Source: Longimicrobiales bacterium (GTDB lineage Bacteria; Gemmatimonadota; Gemmatimonadetes; Longimicrobiales; Gaopeijiaceae). Taken from it: 64,000 nucleotides of DNA. Each line of letters starts with the position of its first letter. Position 1 is the stretch's first letter. Position numbers and translations under genes: made by a program. The notes below the pieces were generated by a model, which was not told where the DNA came from, did not search any database, and was given only the letters and a program-made list of their open reading frames with translations. The DNA lies in assembly GCA_963666095.2 (NCBI GenBank), contig OY762557.1:333567-397566 (forward strand), given 5' to 3'. Shown here piece after piece: positions 44,682 to 52,746 of this stretch.

Positions 44682-46625
44682 TCACAGCAGCGCGTTCGCC
44701 GTCCACGCGCCCACGTACGCCAGGGTCAGCATGTAGCAGAACTGCAGGGCCGGCCACCGCCACCCCCCCGTCTCGCGGCGCATCACGGCCACCGTGGACA
44801 TGCACTGCAGCGCGAAGACGAAGAAGATCAGCAGCGCCACCGCGGCCCCCAGGTCCAGGTCCCGCTGCAGCGCGGCCCGCAGCTCGAAGTCCTGGTCGTC
44901 CTGCGTCTCGACGCCGTAGATCGTGCCCAGCGTGCCCACGATCACCTCTCTGGCCGCCAGACTCGTCACGAGACCGATCCCCACGCGCCAATCGAAGCCG
45001 AGCGGCTCGATCGCCGGCTCGACGACCTGCCCCATGCGGCCGAGCGCGCTGTCGCCGATCTCGGGCGGCGCCCCGGCCGGCGTCCTCGGGAACTGGGCCA
45101 GGATCCACAGCGCGACGGTCACGGCCAGGATGATCTTGCCGGCCCGCCGCAGGAAGATCTTCGTGCGGTCCAGCAGCCGCGCCGCGATCGAGCGGGCGCT
45201 GGGCCACCGATAGGGCGGCAGCTCCAGGACGAAGGGCATCGACCGGCCGCGCAGAAGCGTGCTCTTCAGGAGCGCCGCCGTCCCGACCGCCGCGAGCAGT
45301 CCCAGCGCGTACAGGCCGATCAGCACCGCCGTGCGGCGTCCCAGGAACGGTCCGAGCAGCGGCCCCGCGGGGATGAAGGCCGCGATGAGCAGCGCATAGA
45401 CCGGCAGCCGCGCCGAACAGGTCATGAACGGCGCGATGAACACGGTGGCGATGCGGTCCCGCTCGTCCTCGACGGTGCGCGCGGACATGATCGCGGGGAT
45501 CGCGCAGGCGTAGGCGGACAGCAGCGGCAGGAACGACTTCCCCTGCAGCCCCACCCGGTGCATGAGGCGGTCCGCGATCACCGCAGCGCGGGCCATGTAG
45601 CCGGAGTCCTCCAGTATCGCGATGAAGAAGAAGAGAATGAGGATCTGCGGAAGGAAGACGAGCACCGACCCCACCCCGGCCCAGACCCCGTCGATCAGCA
45701 GGGCGCGGAACCAGGAGTCGGGCAGGGCGGCCGCCAGGTACCGGCCCGAGGCGCCGATCAGGGACTCGGTCCCGTCCATGAGGGGCACGGCCCAGGCGAA
45801 GATGGCCTGGAAGACCAGTCCCACCACCACCGCGAAGACGAGCGGACCCCACAGACGGTGCAGCACGACGGCATCGAGCCGGTTCGTGAAGCGCGATGGC
45901 CGCGGGGCCCGGAACCCGGCCGAACGCCCCAGCTCGCGGGCGCGCTCGCGCCGGGCGGCGAAGACGTCGATCACGGGCAGCGGGCGCCCCGACGGGTGGC
46001 CCTCGAGGTTGTCCGCGGCGGCCACGATCGGACACGCGCGGACCTCCTCGCCCCCCGTGTGGAGAGCGGCGAGGAAGCGTCGCACCGGTTCGAGGGCGCC
46101 GGCGTCCCGGGCGTTGACCAGCGCCACCTCGACGCCCAGGTCCCGCGACAGCCGGGCACTCTTCAGCGCGCCGTCGCGGCGGTCCAGCTCGTCGGCCATG
46201 GTGAGGACGACCAGGGTCGGCAGGCCGAGTCCCAGCACCGGCTCCGCGACCATCAGGTGGGACCGCAGACGGGTCGCGTCGAGAACCAGCACGATCGCGT
46301 CGGGTCGTCGATCGCTCTCCAGCTCGCCGAGCAGCGCGTTGCGGGTGATCCTCTGATCGGCGCTGCGGGGCGAGAGGCCGTGCACGCCGGGAAGATCGAT
46401 CACCTCGACCGGGCCGGCGTCCGAATCGGCCACGCCGGATCGGCGTTCGACCGTGACCCCCGGGTAGTTGGCGACCTTCTGGCGCAGTCCCGTCAGGTTG
46501 TTGAAGAGGGTGGACTTCCCCGAATTCGGGGGACCGACCAGTGCGACCAGCGGGTCGCCGGGGTCCGTCGCGGTTCCTTCGGCCGTCTCCGTCCGCAACG
46601 CGACGGACGCGCCAGCCGCGATCAA
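44682..46625 (-). CDS. feoB: ferrous iron transporter FeoB (second copy)
   Basis: ORF 44682..46772 with GPPNSGKSTLFNNLTG, DLPGVHGL and a membrane domain. TTG 46625 overlaps the feoA TGA (TTGA), but the start is uncertain. Confidence 0.8.
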   Translation of the reverse strand: MIAAGASVALRTETAEGTATDPGDPLVALVGPPNSGKSTLFNNLTGLRQKVANYPGVTVERRSGVADSDAGPVEVIDLPGVHGLSPRSADQRITRNALLGELESDRRPDAIVLVLDATRLRSHLMVAEPVLGLGLPTLVVLTMADELDRRDGALKSARLSRDLGVEVALVNARDAGALEPVRRFLAALHTGGEEVRACPIVAAADNLEGHPSGRPLPVIDVFAARRERARELGRSAGFRAPRPSRFTNRLDAVVLHRLWGPLVFAVVVGLVFQAIFAWAVPLMDGTESLIGASGRYLAAALPDSWFRALLIDGVWAGVGSVLVFLPQILILFFFIAILEDSGYMARAAVIADRLMHRVGLQGKSFLPLLSAYACAIPAIMSARTVEDERDRIATVFIAPFMTCSARLPVYALLIAAFIPAGPLLGPFLGRRTAVLIGLYALGLLAAVGTAALLKSTLLRGRSMPFVLELPPYRWPSARSIAARLLDRTKIFLRRAGKIILAVTVALWILAQFPRTPAGAPPEIGDSALGRMGQVVEPAIEPLGFDWRVGIGLVTSLAAREVIVGTLGTIYGVETQDDQDFELRAALQRDLDLGAAVALLIFFVFALQCMSTVAVMRRETGGWRWPALQFCYMLTLAYVGAWTANALL

Positions 46626-46939
46626 TTCGATTCGAGAACCCCCGCGGCCTCCAGTGCGCTTCGCACGCAAAGACAGGACGCGGTCTCTCTCCGGAGCGCC
46701 ACGAGTGCGCCGTCCACTCGATAGACGGTCGGGCCCCCCGCGGGCGCGTGCCGGACCGGACACAGCTTGCACCCCGGCACGATGCCCTGCTCCAGCAACG
46801 GCACGACATCGTCGCCGGCCACGTCCATCCGCACCAGGATGACCTCCTCTTCCAGGGGGACGTCGGCGAGGACGCGCAGGGGCACATCCCTCTGCGAATC
46901 GTCGGTGCGCCGAGTGGCGGGTTCTTCTTTCCTTTTCAC
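46622..46939 (-). CDS. feoA: FeoA-family protein
   Basis: ORF 46622..46939 (GTG start) has the FeoA-like core PLRVLADVPLEEEVILVRMD...LLEQGIVPGCKL...[21 protein letters not shown]. Confidence 0.7.
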   Translation of the reverse strand: MKRKEEPATRRTDDSQRDVPLRVLADVPLEEEVILVRMDVAGDDVVPLLEQGIVPGCKLCPVRHAPAGGPTVYRVDGALVALRRETASCLCVRSALEAAGVLESN

Positions 46940-46960
46940 AACGTCTTCCCTGGAAGGTCC

Positions 46961-47026
46961 GGTTTGCGGGGCCGCGCTCCCGCGGTTGCGGGGCCGCGTG
47001 CCTGCGACTGCGGGGCAGCGTTTCCG
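46961..47026. repeat. three tandem ~22-bp repeats (core TGCGGGGC(C/A)GCG) in the feoA/yigZ divergent intergenic region
   Basis: The units are ggtttgcggggccgcgctcccgc (46961-46983), ggttgcggggccgcgtgcctgc (46984-47005) and gactgcggggcagcgtttccg (47006-47026). Confidence 0.6.
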
Positions 47027-47067
47027 ATCCGGGTCGCGCGATAGTAGAGTAAGGCGGTGCTCCCGAA

Positions 47068-47727
47068 ATGGAAAGTCCTCTTCACATGGGCCCGCTCATG
47101 CACGCCTATCGAGTCCCCGCCGCCGTCGCCGAAGTCGAGGACGTCGTCCGGCGGAGTCGGTTCGTGACGCGGGCGGGGCGCGCGACAGGCGGCGAGGAGG
47201 CCGCGCGCTTCGTTCAGGAGACGCGTGAAAGGATCCCCGGAGCGACCCACTACTGCTGGGCGTACAACGGGGGCGAACCGGGTTCGACGGCGCTGGTCGG
47301 CATGAGCGACGCGGGCGAGCCGCGCGGAACCGCCGGGAGACCCATGCTGCACACCCTGCTGCACTCCGGGGTGGGCGAGGTGGTGGCGGTGTGCGCCCGC
47401 TACTACGGTGGCGTGAAGCTGGGGACGGGCGGTCTTGCCCGTGCCTACGCCGCCGGTGTGAAACACGTGCTGGAGGCATGCCCCACAATGGAGCGCGTCG
47501 AACGGGTCGCCGTGGCGGTCACGGTCGACTACCGAACCGCCGACCGCGTCGACCGGGCAGTCGAGGCCTTCGACGCCACCATCGCCGAACGCGCCTTCGG
47601 CGCCGACGTCCGCTATCGAGTCCTGGTTCCAAGCCACCATCGCACCGATTTCCGCGCGGCGATCGCGGAGATCACGCGAGGCCGGGGACGGCTGGCCGAC
47701 GACCGCAGCGGAGACGATGCCGAATGA
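47068..47727 (+). CDS. yigZ: YigZ/IMPACT-family (UPF0029) protein
   Basis: ORF 47068..47727 has HYCWAY and SDAGEPRGTAGRPML. A later start (ATG 47098) is possible. Confidence 0.8.
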   Translation: MESPLHMGPLMHAYRVPAAVAEVEDVVRRSRFVTRAGRATGGEEAARFVQETRERIPGATHYCWAYNGGEPGSTALVGMSDAGEPRGTAGRPMLHTLLHSGVGEVVAVCARYYGGVKLGTGGLARAYAAGVKHVLEACPTMERVERVAVAVTVDYRTADRVDRAVEAFDATIAERAFGADVRYRVLVPSHHRTDFRAAIAEITRGRGRLADDRSGDDAE

Positions 47728-47795
47728 AAGCGGCGGGGCTGCCACGGATCCGGTGCGGTGCGTGGCGCGCCGCGGGTCCCGCAGGCCGACTTGGA

Positions 47796-47870
47796 AAAGG
47801 GCTATGTATACTAAAGGGCTATGTATACTACAGTTTCCAATATGGAAAGTTGTCATTACATTTTCCTCCT
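47796..47870. repeat. AT-rich islet with a perfect 17-bp tandem repeat, a small inverted repeat and a minus-strand SD-like AGGAGG
   Basis: aaagggctatgtatact occurs at 47796-47812 and again at 47813-47829. TTTCC(aatat)GGAAA lies at 47834-47848. cctcct at 47865-47870 reads AGGAGG on the minus strand. Confidence 0.7.
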
Positions 47871-47946
47871 CGGCGAGGTCGTCCGCCGCGCGGCGAGCGC
47901 CGGCACGCGGCAGCCTGCCGGGCCGTCACGCCGGAGAGAGCCGCCG

Positions 47947-48579
47947 CTACCCCGGCATCCCCACCGCCCAGAGCGCCAGGGCGGTAGCCAGCGGGACGGT
48001 GAGGTTGTCGTCGATGCCGCTGGGCAGAACCTCCGCGACGGCCACCACCAACGCCGACGCCAGCGCGCCCGGCAGGCCCGCGAAGGGGGTCAGCACCGCA
48101 GCCGCGACCAGGAAGAAGGCCCCGGTGCCCTCCCAGCTCCCCTTCCCCAGCCGGCGCTTCCCCCACAGCCGACCGACCACGCTCGCGGCCGGGTCGGCGA
48201 GAGCGAGCACGAGCAGGGCTGGAGCGAAGACCCGATGGGGAGCGACGACCAGGACGGCCAGCGCTCCGGTCAGAAACCAGGTCGAGGAGGCGACTCCGCG
48301 GGCCTCGCGCGGCGACGCAAGGGCGGAGAACCAGCGGAAGAAGGCGGTGTTGGCCGCCCGGGACCGCAGCCGGACCCAGTCCAGCAACAGCGCCGCGCCC
48401 AGCGCCCCGGCCAGGGACGCCGCCGGGACCGCCGAATCCGGCCCCATCCGGTGGACGAGAACGGCCATCCCCACCCCGCACCCCATGTGAAACATCCTGC
48501 GCCACGGCTGCACCCCTTCGGTGCGCCGGACGGCGTCGTCCAGGGCCGCATCGCCCGATCGCTCCGCGTGGCGGGCCAA
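47947..48579 (-). CDS. polytopic membrane protein, CTP-dependent diacylglycerol/polyprenol (phytol/dolichol) kinase-like
   Basis: ORF 47947..48579 (TTG start, uncertain) is multi-TM with WRRMFHMG near the N-terminus. The family call is tentative. Confidence 0.55.
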   Translation of the reverse strand: MARHAERSGDAALDDAVRRTEGVQPWRRMFHMGCGVGMAVLVHRMGPDSAVPAASLAGALGAALLLDWVRLRSRAANTAFFRWFSALASPREARGVASSTWFLTGALAVLVVAPHRVFAPALLVLALADPAASVVGRLWGKRRLGKGSWEGTGAFFLVAAAVLTPFAGLPGALASALVVAVAEVLPSGIDDNLTVPLATALALWAVGMPG

Positions 48580-48876
48580 GAGGTCATCTCCTTTCCGTCT
48601 GCCGGGGCGTCACGGCAATACCCGTCGGGAGTCGTTTCGCACAGGCTACCGCGCCTTCAACCCGACGTTGCCCCCGACGCGCACCCTGAGTTCGTACACT
48701 CCCGGCGCATCATACACGGAGAATCCCAGGCGGCAAGTTGGAACGCGCCCGACCGACCCGTCGGCGGGCCGGCCCACGCAGCGCCCGGGAGCACCCCGGC
48801 CAAGGCCGGCCCGGCGGCGCGAGCGGCCGCGCGACGGGCCGCAGCCAACACGCCTCGCACCGGAGACTCGAACCCG

Positions 48877-49017
48877 ATGCACGACACGAAGCTCGGCTGC
48901 GCGGACAGGACGGTGACCGGGGTCGTGGTCGGGCCCGACGGCGTCACCAGCCTGGACATCTCGCTGCAGCCGGACGCGCTGGAGATGGAGGGGCTGGTCG
49001 TGGAGGCCGCCGAGAGT
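48877..49017 (+). pseudogene. possible remnant of a TonB-dependent-receptor N-terminal (CarboxypepD_reg-like) segment
   Basis: The ORF 47821..49965 frame reads MHDTKLGCADRTVTGVVVGPDGVTSLDISLQPDALEMEGLVVEAAES. This resembles the N-terminal regulatory domain and 'L.L.EVVVTA' linker of such receptors. No plug or barrel follows. Confidence 0.3.
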
Positions 49018-49173
49018 GGAGGCCGCCGAGGGCCTTTACAGGATGCAGCTGTTCAAGGATGTTCCGGAGAGGAACGGCGGATTCAAGATCTTTCGCCACT
49101 ACGACGAGGATCCCGAAATCGTGATCGACGAGGCGCGCTCGGCGATCGGGGAACCGCCTCGGAGGGAGGGAGC

Positions 49174-49965
49174 ATGAGACCACTCCCGTCTGCATCGGGC
49201 AGCGTCCCCGGCGCGGTGGCGGCGCGGGCCGGCGGCGGCGACGGGAGGAAGACCCCGCCCCGCGTGCTCGTCGTGGAGGACGAGACCGAGATCGCCGGCC
49301 TGATCGCCTACCAGCTGACCCGAGAGGGCTACCGGGTCGAGACGGCCCTGACGGGCGCGGCGGCCCTGGACGCCCTGCACCGCGATCTCCCCGACCTCCT
49401 CGTCCTCGACAGAATGCTCCCTGAGGTCTCAGGAGACGACGTCCTCAAGGCCATCCGGGCGGACCCCGCCACCCAGGCCGTGCCCGTGCTCATCCTGACC
49501 GCGAAGCGGGAGCGGGCGGAGCGGATTCAGGGTCTGGAGCTGGGCGCCGACGACTATCTCACCAAGCCCTTCAGCCCCCGCGAACTCGTGCTTCGGGTGG
49601 ACGCGATACTCCGCCGGGCCCAGGGCGAGCTCAAGGCCGGGGCCGGAGGCGGCCGCATTCTGCGCGCGGGGTCGCTGCGGGTCGACACCGGCGCGCACAT
49701 CGTGACCCTGGACGACGAGGAGATCCAGCTCACGCCGACCGAATTGCGCCTCCTGCAGACGCTGATGGAGCGCCGGGGCCGCACGCAGAGCCGCCACCAG
49801 CTCCTCACCGAGGCCTGGGACGTGGATCCGGCGGCGGCCAGCCGGCTGCACACCCGGACCGTGGACATGCACGTCCGGCGTCTGCGCGGCAAGCTCGGTC
49901 CCGCGGGAGAGTGGATCGAGACCGTTCGAGGGTTCGGCTATCGGTTCCAGCACCCGGTAGGCTGA
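49174..49965 (+). CDS. OmpR/PhoB-family response regulator (no adjacent histidine kinase)
   Basis: Tail of ORF 47821..49965. ATG 49174 follows GGAGGGAGGG. It has VLVVEDE, LLVLDRMLP, LTAK and the winged-helix TVRGFGYRF. Confidence 0.85.
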   Translation: MRPLPSASGSVPGAVAARAGGGDGRKTPPRVLVVEDETEIAGLIAYQLTREGYRVETALTGAAALDALHRDLPDLLVLDRMLPEVSGDDVLKAIRADPATQAVPVLILTAKRERAERIQGLELGADDYLTKPFSPRELVLRVDAILRRAQGELKAGAGGGRILRAGSLRVDTGAHIVTLDDEEIQLTPTELRLLQTLMERRGRTQSRHQLLTEAWDVDPAAASRLHTRTVDMHVRRLRGKLGPAGEWIETVRGFGYRFQHPVG

Positions 49966-49981
49966 CGGGGGAAGTCGGCCC

Positions 49982-52546
49982 CTACCGCGATCGCCGGGCT
50001 GCCCCGCTGCCCCCGATCGGATCTCCGGCGGGCAGCTGCAACGACGGAGCCGGCGTCGTGTTCTCGATCCGCGCCTGCCACCGGCGGATGTCGGCCGCCG
50101 CCAGTCGCTCGTGCGGCGACGGGGCCACGAGCGTCTCCAGCCGAGTCGCCAGACGGTCCAGCCGGTCGGAGAGCACGGCGCGCGCCCCGGTCGTCGTGCC
50201 CGCACTGCCGGCGTGCCGCATCATCCGGTCGACCACCGCGCGCTGGATGACCTGCTGGACGAGCGCGCGGTACTCGTCGGGCTGCGCGGGCGCGCCCCAG
50301 GTGACCTCGAAGAGGCGGTCGACCACCTCCTCCAGGCCGGGGTTGTCGTCCATGCTGCCGTAGACGACCAGCCGAGCCATGCGGGCCGGGTGCAGGATCT
50401 CGCCCACCGTGAAGTCGGCGGCCGCCTCCGCCGCGCCCAGCGGGTCGAAGAGCTCCTCCGTGTGGCCCGGAAAGACCTCGCCCTCGCGGTGGCGGAACGC
50501 CCCCGGCGGGATCATCGCGATCACCGCTTCGGGAAGGGCCAGGAAGTCCACGGTCAGCGCCGACAGGATCGTCTCGAGCGCGTCGCGCTGCTCGTCTCCG
50601 GGCACGATCGCGACCGGCACCTGTCCGTCGCCCCTCGTGGCGTAGCGGTAGTCGGCCCCGCCCAGGCTCTGCGCGGCGGCGCGCAGCTGGAAGCGGTGAT
50701 GCATATAGAGGGGAAGCAGCACATGCTCCAGGTCCGACAGGGGGCGGCCGGCGCGGATCATGTGCTCGCCGAATCCCCGCATGCCGATGTTGCGCACCCG
50801 GATCTCGTGCTTGAGGTGGTCGACCAGGTTGGCGCCGTTGTCCCACACGCCGGCGTAGGGGTGTCCCGCGCCGATGAAGTTGTTGTTGGTGTGCGCCATG
50901 AAGATCAGACCGTCGCGCATGCCCCGCTCCACGATCGCCTCGAGCGAGGCTGCCTCGTCGGTCCCCTCAGGGAAATCGCGGTAGAGCCAGTCGACCGAGA
51001 GCTTGTCGTACTCGCCGATCCTCTGCACGTAGGCGTTCGAGAGGTCCAGGCTGCCGTCGTCGTCGATCTCGACGTATGGCGCGGGATAGTCCATCACGCT
51101 CTCGCGCCCGTAGGTGCTGGCGAGGTAGTTGTGGGGGAAGCCGATCGTGTGTCCGACCTCGTGGGCGGACAGCTGGCGCACCCTCGCCAGCGCCATCTCG
51201 ACCGCGTCGGAGTTGCCGGCGACCTGGGCGAGGTACTCGAAGCCCGGGGCCGCCGACAGCGCGCACCACATGGCGTCGGCGGAAGCGTCGCCGTCCCCGT
51301 CCACCGTGCCCGCGAACGGCGACACCATCCCCTTTCCGAGCAGGTAGTCCTGCCGCAGGCGCAGGCTGCCCAGGTTCACGACCCCGCGGATGATCTCGCC
51401 GGTGCGGGGATCGGTCACCGTGTTGCCGTACGAGTACCCGCGCGTCCGCCGGTGCGTCCAGTGGATCATGTTGTAGCGGATGTCCTGCGGATCGATGCCC
51501 TCCGGGAGCACCTCGACCCGGTAGGCGTCGATGAACCCGGCGGCCTCGAAGGCCTCGCCCCACCAGGCGGCCCCTTCGATCAGGGCGCTGCGGATGGGCT
51601 CCGGCGTGCCGGGGTCCACATAGTAGACGATGGGCTCCACGGGCTCGGACGGCTCCGGGCCGGGGTTGCGCTTACGGAGGCGGTGGCGGGCGGCGAGGCG
51701 CAGCCGCAGGTCCTCGTCGATCGGCGTCGCGTAGTCGAAGATGGTGGGGCCGTTCACGCCCACGCGGGGGTCGGCCAGGCGGATCCGGTAGCCGTCGTCG
51801 GGAAGCCGGACGAAGGAGTGGTGCTGGCGCAGCGTCACCGCGCGCGGATTCACGGCCACCCCGCTCACCAGTCCGCCGGGGTCGCCGCTGGTGAAGGTCA
51901 GGAGCGCCTCCACCTCGGTGTTTTCGGGGAACGACTTCGTCGCGGACAGGTGAATGGCGGATCGGGACACGTCGAGCCGGAAGCTGCCCTCGCCCCGCTG
52001 CGCGATCTGGCCGATGACGTTCCGCGCGTCGCGCAGGAAGAAGGGCGTGGCGTCGACCAGCACGCGGTCCGCGGTGCGCGCCACGATGTCGAACCCCCAG
52101 TACACCGACGGGGCGAAGGCGTCGCGCACCGCCTGCACCTCGGTGGGGTTGTCGCTGCGGGCCTGGAACTGGTAGTTGGGTTCCATGAGGAGCACCCTGG
52201 GGCCGATCCGCCTGGCCTCGAGGATGTGCGTGCCGCGCAGCTGGCCGCGATCGATCCCCACCGGGTTGGACCCGAGCCCCGATCCCATCGAGATCTGGTA
52301 GAGGAACTCGCCGGCGGCGAGGTCCAGCTCCCAGTACAGGGCACCGGCGCCGTCGTCCCAGTAGAGGTTGAAGAAGCCCTCCATGGCGGTCGCGCCCCGG
52401 GTCCTCTCGTCGATGGTGGGAAGGGGCTGCTGGGCAGTCGCCATGGGAGCGACCAAGGGGACGAGGGCGCCGAGGAAAGCCGAGGCCAGGGACAGAAGGA
52501 GCGAGGGCGTCGCTCGACGGAACTCGGCGGATGCGCGTGGTGACAT
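49982..52546 (-). CDS. secreted zinc-dependent metalloprotease (DUF5117/DUF4953-type)
   Basis: ORF 49982..52546 has a signal peptide ending APMATAQQ and the zinc motif HEVGHTIGFPHNY. Confidence 0.8.
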   Translation of the reverse strand: MSPRASAEFRRATPSLLLSLASAFLGALVPLVAPMATAQQPLPTIDERTRGATAMEGFFNLYWDDGAGALYWELDLAAGEFLYQISMGSGLGSNPVGIDRGQLRGTHILEARRIGPRVLLMEPNYQFQARSDNPTEVQAVRDAFAPSVYWGFDIVARTADRVLVDATPFFLRDARNVIGQIAQRGEGSFRLDVSRSAIHLSATKSFPENTEVEALLTFTSGDPGGLVSGVAVNPRAVTLRQHHSFVRLPDDGYRIRLADPRVGVNGPTIFDYATPIDEDLRLRLAARHRLRKRNPGPEPSEPVEPIVYYVDPGTPEPIRSALIEGAAWWGEAFEAAGFIDAYRVEVLPEGIDPQDIRYNMIHWTHRRTRGYSYGNTVTDPRTGEIIRGVVNLGSLRLRQDYLLGKGMVSPFAGTVDGDGDASADAMWCALSAAPGFEYLAQVAGNSDAVEMALARVRQLSAHEVGHTIGFPHNYLASTYGRESVMDYPAPYVEIDDDGSLDLSNAYVQRIGEYDKLSVDWLYRDFPEGTDEAASLEAIVERGMRDGLIFMAHTNNNFIGAGHPYAGVWDNGANLVDHLKHEIRVRNIGMRGFGEHMIRAGRPLSDLEHVLLPLYMHHRFQLRAAAQSLGGADYRYATRGDGQVPVAIVPGDEQRDALETILSALTVDFLALPEAVIAMIPPGAFRHREGEVFPGHTEELFDPLGAAEAAADFTVGEILHPARMARLVVYGSMDDNPGLEEVVDRLFEVTWGAPAQPDEYRALVQQVIQRAVVDRMMRHAGSAGTTTGARAVLSDRLDRLATRLETLVAPSPHERLAAADIRRWQARIENTTPAPSLQLPAGDPIGGSGAARRSR

Positions 52547-52746
52547 TGGCAGGGTGCCTTACCCGGGTTGCCGGCGCTGCAGGTTGTTGGGGGCCGCTCC
52601 TGGCACGTCAGGTGAACGGCTGGAAACCGCACGCGGGAGACTGCAAGCGGTGATGGTTCCGCGCAAGGGCGCCCCCGGGTGGAGCGCGGCCGAAGAAAGA
52701 CCTTCGTGACCGCGAGCCAGTCACGGCCGCCGGCCCGGATGCAATA

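Noticed and set aside
46936-47856. The 306-aa minus-strand ORF starting at ATG 47856 behind a strong AGGAGG.
   Set aside because: After ~25 codons it runs antisense through yigZ with shadow-frame composition. The SD-like element is kept as an observation, but the long ORF is not believed.
48848-48890. A tRNA-like T-arm (minus strand ...GGGTTCGAGTCTCCGG...).
   Set aside because: The flanks give no acceptor stem, D-arm or anticodon arm, and the T-stem pairs poorly. The stretch sits at and just upstream of the start of the receptor-like fragment.
47821-49173. The N-terminal 451 codons of ORF 47821..49965.
   Set aside because: It runs antisense through the kinase-like membrane gene and through non-coding sequence. 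The response regulator clearly begins at ATG 49174 behind GGAGGGAGGG.
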